In this document: one piece after another, positions 20,564-29,425 of the stretch | Layout: every line of letters begins with the position of its first letter | How positions within the stretch are numbered: the stretch's first letter is position 1 | DNA from: an uncultured Chloroflexia bacterium | GTDB lineage: Bacteria; Chloroflexota; Anaerolineae; B4-G1; SLSP01 | Reading direction: 5' to 3' | Assembly: GCA_963751345.1 (NCBI GenBank) | Contig: CAVVUS010000011.1 | Coordinates: 96,001 to 160,000, forward strand | Length of the DNA stretch: 64,000 nt | Position numbers and translations under genes: made by a program | The notes under the pieces: model-generated | Told to the model about the DNA's origin: nothing | What the model saw: the letters and a program-made list of their open reading frames with translations, nothing else | The model's database searches: none

Positions 20564-20621
20564 ACTACCCCTCGATTACCACGTTCGTGGGATGACACTA
20601 GTACCTTCTGTCAGTCATACT
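20564..20621 (+). promoter_or_regulatory. Conserved promoter/operator, copy C
   Basis: ACTACCCC-tcg-ATTACCACGTTCGTGGG-ATGACA-N18-CATACT. Confidence 0.75.
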
Positions 20622-20672
20622 GAAAGCGTAACATATCATCAGTCCGGACCATACCGGAGAGGAGATGTATCG

Positions 20673-22688
20673 ATGTCCAATGCACTGACACTTGAGGCGA
20701 GCAGTCCACCGCGAGCACAGGCGACAGCGGCTAAGCCGTCCCGCCTGTTCTTTGTGGATCACCTGCGCGTTGCCCTAGCTATTCTCGTGGTATTACACCA
20801 CGTGTCGATGGTCTACGGCGCGAGCGCGCCATTCTATTATGCCGAACCCCCTGTCACCACGCCATTGGCATTCCTGGGGTTCCTGGTGTTTGCACTCGTC
20901 AACCAGGGATGGTTTATGGGTGCCTTCTTCCTACTGGCGGGCTACTTTGCGCCAGGCTCCTTCGACCGCAAAGGTGCCGGTGGGTTTCTTGAGGACAGGC
21001 TCGTGCGCCTCGGGCTCCCCCTTCTCTTCTTCTTCTTCGTGCTAGGCCCGGTCTCCGGCATTGGCTTCTACTTGATGCCGCCAGAGCTGACGGGGATTAC
21101 GACGCCGCTCACGTGGGATGCCTATCCTTACCTCTTTGGGCTGGGTCCGCTCTGGTTCGCGGCGCTCCTGCTCATCTTCAGTTTCGGCTACGCTGCGTGG
21201 CGAGGGTTGACGCGCAACCGGCCGGCGCGCGTCGTTGGCGATGACAACGGGCTCAGTTACGCCGGCATTGGTCTCTTCATTCTTGGCCTTGCTGGGGCCA
21301 GCTACCTCATGCGGATGGTCGTCCCGCTGGGCGAGACGGTGCTGGACTTCCCAACGCTCGCTTATCTGCCGCAGTACCTCAGCTTCTACATCGTCGGCAT
21401 GGTTGCGTACCGACGCAACTGGTTCCGAACGCTGTCGAACAGGATGGGCCTTATCGGATTCGTCGCGGCGCTGATCGGGTCGATTGTCCTATTCCCGCTG
21501 GCATTCAGTGGTCAGCTATTCTCGCTGGAACTGGGACCGGCGCTGTACAATGCGATGGGGAACGGGCACTGGCAATCCGCCGTCTATACCCTTTGGGACG
21601 CAATACTCTCAGTTGGGTTATTCCTCGGGCTTATCGCGTTCTTCCGCCGCTTCTTCGGTCAGCGTAGCAAGGTGGGTACGCTCCTTTCGCGACAGAGCTA
21701 CACCGTCTACATCATCCATGTCCCGATCCTTGTCTTCCTGGCGTACGCACTGCGAAACCTGCAACTTCCACCGGTGGCCAAATTCCTGGTCGTGTCGGCG
21801 ATCGTCCTCCCGATCTGCTTCGCCGTTTCCTATGTGATCAGCTTGGTTCCCGTCATCGGCACGGTGCTCGGGTCCGGTGGAAGCGATTCCCGCAGACGTC
21901 ATGGCGGCGCCGGTGTCGGATCCCCTGCCCTGAGTCTGTCGGACGGTGGGACGATCATCGGGATAGACGGTCTGGTCAAATCCTACGGCGAGGTCACCGC
22001 GGTCAATGGCCTGAGTCTCGATATCAAGAAGGGCGAGCTCTTCGGACTGCTAGGACCCAACGGGGCGGGCAAGACGACCACGATCAGCATCCTGTCGGGC
22101 CTTCTCCATCCCACCTCGGGAACCGCAACAATTGGTGGCATGGATATTCGCGATGACATGCAAGAGATCAAGGCGGGCATGGGCGTCTGCCCGCAGGAAG
22201 CAGCGGTCTATCCTTTCCTGACCGGGCGCGAGAACATCCAGCTTATCGGCAAGCTCTACGGAATGGACCGGCAAAGCCTTAAGGCGAGGACCGCTGAGCT
22301 TCTCGAGCAGACCGGCTTTGGTGAGGCCGCCAAGCGCAAGGCTAAGGGGTACAGTGGGGGGATGACGCGCCAACTGAACCTGCTGATGGCCATCGTCAGC
22401 GATCCGGATATCGTCTTCCTCGACGAGCCAACGGTGGGGATGGACGCTCGGGCTCGAAGGCAGACTTGGGACTACATCGCCTCCCTGAAAGAGCAGGGCA
22501 AGACCATCATCTTGACCACGCACTACATCGAAGAGGCGGAGTCTCTCAGCGACAGGGTAGGGATCATCGACTATGGAGAGTTGATCGATCTTGGCACGCC
22601 CAAGGCGCTCATGGAGAAACACGGTGCGAAGGACCTGGAGGAGGTGTTCCTCAAGATCACGGGCCGCAGAATCGGGGAGGGAAGTTAA
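20673..22688 (+). CDS. Acyltransferase-3 (MdoC/OpgC-like) domain fused to a DrrA-type ABC ATPase
   Basis: N-terminal RLFFVDHLR...VVLHH, FFLLAGYF, RLVRLGLP, GPLWF; C-terminal GPNGAGKTT, YSGGM, FLDEPT, LTTH. Start placed at ATG 20673 (GGAGAGGAG RBS) because the ORF-track ATG at 20592 lies in the -35 box. Confidence 0.85.
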   Translation: MSNALTLEASSPPRAQATAAKPSRLFFVDHLRVALAILVVLHHVSMVYGASAPFYYAEPPVTTPLAFLGFLVFALVNQGWFMGAFFLLAGYFAPGSFDRKGAGGFLEDRLVRLGLPLLFFFFVLGPVSGIGFYLMPPELTGITTPLTWDAYPYLFGLGPLWFAALLLIFSFGYAAWRGLTRNRPARVVGDDNGLSYAGIGLFILGLAGASYLMRMVVPLGETVLDFPTLAYLPQYLSFYIVGMVAYRRNWFRTLSNRMGLIGFVAALIGSIVLFPLAFSGQLFSLELGPALYNAMGNGHWQSAVYTLWDAILSVGLFLGLIAFFRRFFGQRSKVGTLLSRQSYTVYIIHVPILVFLAYALRNLQLPPVAKFLVVSAIVLPICFAVSYVISLVPVIGTVLGSGGSDSRRRHGGAGVGSPALSLSDGGTIIGIDGLVKSYGEVTAVNGLSLDIKKGELFGLLGPNGAGKTTTISILSGLLHPTSGTATIGGMDIRDDMQEIKAGMGVCPQEAAVYPFLTGRENIQLIGKLYGMDRQSLKARTAELLEQTGFGEAAKRKAKGYSGGMTRQLNLLMAIVSDPDIVFLDEPTVGMDARARRQTWDYIASLKEQGKTIILTTHYIEEAESLSDRVGIIDYGELIDLGTPKALMEKHGAKDLEEVFLKITGRRIGEGS

Positions 22689-22689
22689 G

Positions 22690-23448
22690 ATGAAAACACG
22701 CGCGATAGCGGCGTTGGTTGGGGTGGAGTTAAAGAAGCTGTATCGAGATCCGACAAGCTTGGCCGTCATCCTGGCGATGCCGACAGTGCTGACGCTGGTC
22801 TTGTCGCTGGCGATGGGTGATCTGCCCACCTGGTGGCTCGAAGGTGCGACACACTTTGAGTTCCTGGTCCCCGGCCTGATGGGGTTGGCCGTCATCTACA
22901 TGATCATGCTCTTCGCAATGGCGCTCTGCACCTACCGGGATGCGGGTCTGCTGAAGCGTCTGGAGACCACACCGACACCAGCTGACACCTACCTGGGGAG
23001 CCAGGTGATCGCCAATGTGATTATCGGCACAGGCCAGGGGCTGGTGGTCTTATTGCTCAGCGTGATCCTGGGGTTCCGGCCTCAGGGCGGTCTCCAGGGA
23101 GTCGTCTTTGCAGCGGTCTTTCTGGGGATGCTGTCCGCTGCCGCCGTGGGGTTCGGGCTGCTGACCGCGACCATCGCCAAGAGTACAGGGGCGGCCAGTG
23201 GCCTATCGATGATTTTCGTGATCCCGATGATGATCTTTGGCACCTGGTTGGCGGCATTCGACGAGTCGACCTATGCCATCTCACGATACACGCCCAACTT
23301 CTACGTGACCGAGCCTTTGACGCGGATCTTCCACGGTGCGCCGATGCTGGATGGCATCGTGTGGAAAGACTTGCTGATCCTCACCGTGATCAGCTTGGTT
23401 GCTGTCACGGTGGGTATCCAAGTCTTCAAGAGGACCGAGTACCGGTAG
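22690..23448 (+). CDS. ABC-2 type exporter permease
   Basis: ELKKLYRDP, FLVPGL, RDAGLLKRLETTP; 6 TM; starts 1 nt after the ATPase stop. Confidence 0.88.
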   Translation: MKTRAIAALVGVELKKLYRDPTSLAVILAMPTVLTLVLSLAMGDLPTWWLEGATHFEFLVPGLMGLAVIYMIMLFAMALCTYRDAGLLKRLETTPTPADTYLGSQVIANVIIGTGQGLVVLLLSVILGFRPQGGLQGVVFAAVFLGMLSAAAVGFGLLTATIAKSTGAASGLSMIFVIPMMIFGTWLAAFDESTYAISRYTPNFYVTEPLTRIFHGAPMLDGIVWKDLLILTVISLVAVTVGIQVFKRTEYR

Positions 23449-23457
23449 GCTTTCATC

Positions 23458-23724
23458 ATGGAACATGCTGAGCGATGGCTTACGCTGGACCGACCGGCAC
23501 GCTATGAGATCAAGGTGCCGGGGCACCTGGATGAGACCTGGTCGGACTGGATCGAAGGGGTGACGATCACGCTCGAGCACGGGATCGACGGTTCGCCGGT
23601 CACAAGGTTGACCGGCACCGTCGATCAGGCCGCGCTGCACGGCCTGCTACGCCGCCTCTACGCGCTCGGCTTGCCGCTGCTCTCGGTGGTCTGCGTGGGC
23701 GGCGGTACACCTGGACATAGTTAG
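23458..23724 (+). CDS. Small ACT-like hypothetical protein of the type often found beside MalT-like regulators
   Basis: YEIKVPGHLD..WSDW..G...TRLTG..DQAALHGLL..L..LGLPLLSV. Confidence 0.75.
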   Translation: MEHAERWLTLDRPARYEIKVPGHLDETWSDWIEGVTITLEHGIDGSPVTRLTGTVDQAALHGLLRRLYALGLPLLSVVCVGGGTPGHS

Positions 23725-23839
23725 GATTGTGTGGTATTTGTTGCAGCGTTCAGCCTGTTAGGGAGGGACTCCAGAACCTTGCCGCTGATTCGGCGCCGGA
23801 TGCGCGCCGTGGCGCGGCTCACACATCGAGGATTGCATA

Positions 23840-25210
23840 GTGAAAAAGATCGACCGTAGATGGTGGGTGCTGATCGCCATCGGCACCGGATCCTTCATGT
23901 CTGCCCTGGACGCCAGCGTCGTCAACACGATCCTGCCTATCCTGCGTGCGGCCTTCAACAGCGATGTGGCCACCATCGAATGGGTCGTGACCGTCTATCT
24001 GTTGGCCCTGAGCGGGCTGCTGCTCACGTTCGGCCGCTTGGGTGATCTGCGTGGGCACAGGACCATCTACGTATGGGGGTTCGGCATCTTCGTCGTGGGG
24101 TCGATGCTCTGCGGCGCGAGCCGATCTGCAGCGGCACTGACCGTTTTCCGCGGCCTGCAGGCCATCGGGAGTGCGATGCTGGCCTCGAATTCCCCCGCCA
24201 TCGTGACCGGCAACGTGCCTCCCGAACAGCGTGGGCGCGCCTTTGGCCTGGTCTCGACGATGACGTACCTGGGGCTGACCGTCGGCCCGTCACTGGGAGG
24301 TGCGCTGGCTCACGCTCTGGGGTGGCGGACGGTTTTCTACATCAACGTCCCGGTCGGGGGGATGGCATTGGCCCTGGCCCTGGCCTACATTCCGAAGGAC
24401 ATCCCCGTAGCAGGTGAGCGGCGCTTCGATCTGCCGGGCGCCGCCGTCTTCCTCGCGGGGCTGACCTCGCTCTTATTGGGGCTGAACAAGGGAGCGGAGT
24501 GGGGTTGGTCGTCCCCGCGGGTCCTGGGCCTGCTTGCACTGGCCTTGGTCATGCTCTTCATTTTTGTCCTGATCGAGCGCAAGTCTCCGGCGCCTATGCT
24601 GGACTTAGGCATGTTCCGCATCTCATTGTTTTCGACATCGGTCGTGAGCGCGGTGCTGAACTACATCTGCGTCTACAGTATCACCTTTCTGATGCCCTTC
24701 TATCTGATCCAGGGGCGCGGGCTGAACACGGCCCAGGCGGGCCTGATGCTGACCGTGCAGCCCGTGATCATGGCGATCAGCGCCCCGATCAGCGGTGCCT
24801 TGTCGGACAGGGTCGGTTCGCGCACGCCGGGGATGCTCGGTATGGGCGTTCTTGCCGGCGGCCTGTTTCTGCTCTCCCGGCTGGGCGCAGGTACGGGATT
24901 GTGGCTGGTGGCAGTGGGACTGGCAACGGTGGGCCTCGGCACGGGTACCTTCATCTCCCCAAATACCAGCGCCTTGATGGGATCCGCGCCCCGCGCACGA
25001 CAAGGGATCGCTTCGGCGGTCATGGGGGCCGCGCGCAACTTCGGTATGGTACTGGGCATCGGGCTGGCCGGTGCAGTATTCACCACCCAGTTGGCCCAGA
25101 ATACGACCGCGGCCCTGTACCGCGGGATCAGCCAAGGGCTGCTCGTAGCTGCCGGCGTGGCCATACTAGGGATCGTATCATCAGCGCTGAAAGATGAGTC
25201 AAGAGGGTGA
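23840..25210 (+). CDS. DHA2 (EmrB/QacA-family) MFS drug efflux pump, intact paralog of 997-2360
   Basis: 14-TM pattern, MSALDASVVN, GRLGDLRG, WRTVFYINVP. Confidence 0.92.
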   Translation: MKKIDRRWWVLIAIGTGSFMSALDASVVNTILPILRAAFNSDVATIEWVVTVYLLALSGLLLTFGRLGDLRGHRTIYVWGFGIFVVGSMLCGASRSAAALTVFRGLQAIGSAMLASNSPAIVTGNVPPEQRGRAFGLVSTMTYLGLTVGPSLGGALAHALGWRTVFYINVPVGGMALALALAYIPKDIPVAGERRFDLPGAAVFLAGLTSLLLGLNKGAEWGWSSPRVLGLLALALVMLFIFVLIERKSPAPMLDLGMFRISLFSTSVVSAVLNYICVYSITFLMPFYLIQGRGLNTAQAGLMLTVQPVIMAISAPISGALSDRVGSRTPGMLGMGVLAGGLFLLSRLGAGTGLWLVAVGLATVGLGTGTFISPNTSALMGSAPRARQGIASAVMGAARNFGMVLGIGLAGAVFTTQLAQNTTAALYRGISQGLLVAAGVAILGIVSSALKDESRG

Positions 25211-25244
25211 TGCGCTTGCACAGCTTCGCCTGTCGTCTCTGTAC

Positions 25245-25372
25245 TCCAACTCCGCAAGCTAGAGTTCATCGTCGTCACCGGCGGTGCCAAGCTTCGTGGC
25301 GATGACCCGGATGTAGCCGTCGATGCCGGGGCGCGATCGAGGCCCTTAGGTGGACCTGTACCCATTCGGTGT
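25245..25372 (-). pseudogene. Decayed remnant of the F5/8-C coding end of the GH39 gene
   Basis: TCCAACTCCGCAA..., GCCAAGCT..CGTGGC, CGGATGTAGC and AGGTGGACCTGTACCCATTCGGT align with 2403-2510 and 2681-2703, with an internal deletion. Confidence 0.65.
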
Positions 25373-25562
25373 GATCGGGATTGCCATACAGCCGTTTCAT
25401 GTGCAGCTTTTCCTTCCAAGGTCGCGGGCCTATAGTAGGTGCACTGCACGTCGGGGAGAATGAGCGCCGATACCTGTGACACCACGATAACTACAGCGGT
25501 TTTACGCGTCTATCCCCACGTCGATAGTGCTTCGCCCAGTTTTCCGAGGAGGATACGTGACG

Positions 25563-27087
25563 ATGACATCTCCATTGAACAGCGATCGGCTCGGCCTGTT
25601 CCAGGGCCAAACGGACGTTGGCGTTGTGACCCCACCAGGTTTCTGCCAGTACGATGCGGAGCGTCAGGTCTATACGATCACCAGCGCCGGCGCCAACATC
25701 TGGGGCGACCACGACGACTTCCACTTTGTGTGGAGGCGCATGACCGGCGATTTCATCCTGACCACACGAGCCGAGTTCGTCGCCCTTGGCGCGAATCCGC
25801 ATCGCAAACTAGGCTGGATGGTGCGTACCAGTCTCGATACCAGTTCTCCAAGTGTGAGCACCGGAATCCACGGCGATGGGCTGCTTACGCTGCAATTCCG
25901 GCGAACGCAGGGTGGCCCCACCGAGGAGGTGCGGATGGCCCTGGAGGCGGCGGACGTTGTTCAGTTGGAGCGCAGAGGCACGACTTACATCATGTCAGTC
26001 GCTCATTATGGCGAGGCCTTCGTCACGGCCCAGGTGGCCGACCTCGACCTGGGCGATGAGGTCTACGTGGGCCTGCTGGGCTGCTCGCACGAGGTGGACG
26101 TCGTCGAGACCTTCATCTATCGAGACGTGCGTATTGTCGCGCCGGTGGGGGAAGGCTTCAACCGCGAGCGCGATCCCTTCGCCAGCCGGCTGGAGATCCT
26201 GGACGTCGAGAGCGGTCACCGGGAGGTCGTCTACAGCGCGGACACCGTGTTGGAGGCGCCCAACTGGACGCGGGACGGCAAGGCCCTGATCTACAACCGG
26301 GATGGACGGCTCTACCGGTTCGACCTGGCGACCAGGACCTCCTCGCTCGTCGACACGGGCTCGGTGGTCCACTGTAACAACGACCACGTCCTCTCGTTCG
26401 ACGGAACGATGCTCGCGATCAGCAGCCACAGCGAAGAGGCCCACGCCTCGCTGGTGTACACCGTGCCGGTGGAGGGTGGGGAGCCGAAGGTCGTCACGCC
26501 GACAGGCCCTTCCTACCTTCATGGCTGGTCGCCCGACGGCAAGTCCCTGGTGTACGCCGGACTGCGCGATGGCCAATTCGATATCTACCGGATCCCGGTC
26601 GATGGCGGTCAGGAGACGCAGCTTACCGCGACGCCGGGGCTGGACGATGGGCCGGAGTACACGCCCGACGGCGCCTATATCTACTTCTGCTCCGTCCGCA
26701 GCGGGCCTATGCAGGTCTGGCGGATGAAGCCGGACGGCAGCGATCCGGAGCAGTTGACCGGCGACGCGCCTGGGACGGGCGTTCGCGCCTGGGATGGCGT
26801 TCGCGCCTGGGACGGCGTCCTACAACAACTGGTTTCCCCACGTCTCGCCCGACGGCACCTGGGTCGTCTTCGTGACCTATTTGGCCGGTGAGGCCGAGCC
26901 GAGCGATCATCCGGCGGCGAAGCGCGTCTACCTTCGCCTGATGCCGCTCGATGGTGGCGTACCGAAAGTGCTGGCCTATCTCTACGGAGGCCAGGGCACG
27001 ATGAACGTCCCTTCGTGGTCGCCGGATAGCAAGTACATCGCCTTCGTCAGCAACACGGTGCCGCTGGAGGGGGAGACGTGGGCGTAG
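25563..27087 (+). CDS. TolB-like beta-propeller protein with N-terminal lectin-like (DUF1349-like) domain; frameshift within an internal tandem repeat
   Basis: [41 protein letters not shown]; continues as [12 protein letters not shown]...[14 protein letters not shown] in ORF 26794-27087. Confidence 0.82.
26765..26819 (+). repeat. Three tandem 18-nt repeats (first unit 19 nt) inside the TolB-like gene
   Basis: CGCGCCTGGGACGGGCGTT / CGCGCCTGGGATGGCGTT / CGCGCCTGGGACGGCGTC. Confidence 0.85.
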
Positions 27088-27106
27088 AGTCGCGCCGAGT
27101 GCACTC

Positions 27107-28123
27107 GTGACCGCGTCGACGAACCTGAATCCGTTTCCTGTACAGGACTCCACGCTCTCGGCCGAGGCACTGGCCGAGAGCGTGCTGAGTGAATATGGGT
27201 CGCTCGATCGACCGGTGTGCCGGTTCCACAGAAAGGGGATCTGCGATACCTACCGGGTGACCGCGGGCGATCGTGGGTACTATCTGAAGGTCTACCGGCA
27301 CGGCCGCAGGACGCGGCTGGACGTGTCGGAGGAGGTGAGGCTGCTCAACTACCTCGCCGCCAACGGGGTCTCCGTCGCCCGTCCGGTTGTGCGGCGGGAC
27401 GGAACCTACGTCAACCGGCTGGCGGCCCCGGAGGGCGACCGCTATGCGGTTCTCTATGAGGCTGCGCAGGGTGTTTCCGGGGATCGGGGCGACCTCGAAC
27501 GGATCGCTGCGTTTGGCGAGATGGTGGGCCGGATGCACGAGGTCGCCGACCGGATGGACGAACCCTACCGGCGCGTTGCTCTGGACATGCGTCACCTGGT
27601 GGACGACAACCTGCCGGCCATCGAGCATCTGATGGCCCACCGTGAGGCCGACTACCGGTTGATCGTCCGCATCGCCGAGGCGTGCAAGAGCCGAGTCGCA
27701 GAGCTGCTCCCCACCGTCAAGCCGGCGTTCGGCATCTGCCACGGCGACCTGCACGGCGGGGACGTCTGCTACGGTGAGCATGGCACGCCTGCGCTCTTTG
27801 ACTTCGACAGTTCCGGTTGCGGCTGGCGAGCGCTGGACATTGGAGTCTTCCTGGCTTCGGACGAGTGGATGGACACGACCGCCGAGGCGGAGGCGCGGCG
27901 CCAGCGCAGACTAGCGACGTTTCTGGAGGGCTATTCGGCGATCCGCGAATTGACGGAGCCCGAGCTGATTGCCGTGCAGCTTGGACCGCCGATCCGCCAC
28001 ATCTTTCTGATGGGCTTTGTGCTGCGCTACACGGCCACGTGGCAGGGCGAGCACTGGGCCGACGACGGCTTCATTGACTGGCATATGGCCTGGTTTCGAC
28101 ATTGGGCTGAGCGGAACCTCTGA
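27107..28123 (+). CDS. Phosphotransferase, APH / homoserine kinase type II family
   Basis: YYLKVY, ICHGDLH, LFDFD. Confidence 0.85.
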   Translation: MTASTNLNPFPVQDSTLSAEALAESVLSEYGSLDRPVCRFHRKGICDTYRVTAGDRGYYLKVYRHGRRTRLDVSEEVRLLNYLAANGVSVARPVVRRDGTYVNRLAAPEGDRYAVLYEAAQGVSGDRGDLERIAAFGEMVGRMHEVADRMDEPYRRVALDMRHLVDDNLPAIEHLMAHREADYRLIVRIAEACKSRVAELLPTVKPAFGICHGDLHGGDVCYGEHGTPALFDFDSSGCGWRALDIGVFLASDEWMDTTAEAEARRQRRLATFLEGYSAIRELTEPELIAVQLGPPIRHIFLMGFVLRYTATWQGEHWADDGFIDWHMAWFRHWAERNL

Positions 28124-28504
28124 CGTACGTTTCCAGATCCGAAGAGCGACGCTGTTGGGTTCTATGGCGCAACGTGACGCCATCTGGTTTGTGCCAGACC
28201 CCGTCGATTCAAGCCGGAGGTGGGCAGTAGACGCATTCAAGGTGTGTGACAGGAGGCCATGGCATGGATGAGGCATACCGCCTAGCCCTTCAGGCTACGA
28301 CACTAACAACTGTGTGTCGCTACGACGTGGATGGCGACACAGGCTGCGTCCCGTAGGCGTATCTGCGGATGCACCTACCAAGAGGAGAGCGAGCCAATGC
28401 CGGCATCTCGACAGGGAGCACGCAAGGCGACGATTTGCCGAGATCCAGATGCCGAGGAAGATAAGGAGCAGGCGCAGGATCCGATCTGACACACAGGAGG
28501 GTTC

Positions 28505-29331
28505 ATGGATCTCGAACACAAGACAGCCATCGTGACGGGAGCCGGTAGCGGCATCGGGCGGGGGTTGGCGCGCACCTTCGCGAGGGAAGGGCAGCCGTGG
28601 TCTGCTGTGGACGCACCCTATCCCGTCTTGAGGAAACCGTCGCGCTGATCGAGGTGGAGGGCGGCACGGCGATATCTATCTCGGTGGATGTCACGGAGTG
28701 GGCGCAGGTCCAGGAGATGGCCCGGCGTGCCCTGGTGCGGTTTGGCGCGATCGATCTGCTCTTCAACAACGCCGGGAGCTTTGGCGCGGTGGGCCCGGTG
28801 TGGGAGGCCGATCCGGAGGCGTGGTGGCACGACGTGAGCGTCAATCTCCGCGGCACGATGCTGTGCACCCGGGCCGTTCTGCCGCACATGATAGAGCGCG
28901 ACACCGGCGTCGTCCTCACGATGGATGGGGGCGGCGGCGCCAGTGGCGCCAATATGGGCGGCTCCGCCTACGGCTGCTCAAAGGCCGCGATCGTGCGCTT
29001 CACCGAGGGATTGGCCCGCGAGCTGGCCCACGTGGGCTCGTCCGTGCTCGCGTTCTGCATGAACCCGGGCTTTGTCGATACCCCGATGACCGAGGATCTG
29101 ATGGCCACGCCGGAGAAACGGGAGTGGCAGCCGCACGTGCCCAGGCTGATGGGGTCCGAACACGAGGTGTCACCGGACGCCTGCGCCATGGCGACACTGC
29201 AACTGCTCCGTATCGCCGGGCCGGATCTCAGCGGGCGCACCTTCACGGTCCACACCGACTTCGACGCGGTGGACCGGAACCGGGAGACCATCGCCCGGGA
29301 AGACCTCTACGTGATGCGCCGGAGGACGTGA
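28505..29331 (+). CDS. Short-chain dehydrogenase/reductase (frameshift near 28590)
   Basis: MDLEHKTAIVTGAGSGIG from ATG 28505 (AGGAGG RBS); NNAG and YGCSK in ORF 28597-29331. Confidence 0.85.
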
Positions 29332-29356
29332 TGCGGGCTCTCCCCAATAGATGAGA

Positions 29357-29390
29357 GAGTGGACCAATCTAGCAACAGATTGGTCCACTC
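29357..29390. terminator. Perfect 14-bp hairpin between convergent genes
   Basis: GAGTGGACCAATCT-agcaac-AGATTGGTCCACTC. Confidence 0.6.
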
Positions 29391-29425
29391 CGGCTATCGT
29401 GGAGACTCGCGGCTGAGAGTTCCAG

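Noticed and set aside
26765-26819. Repeats as a mini-CRISPR
   Set aside because: No spacers, the repeats lie within a coding region, and no cas genes are present
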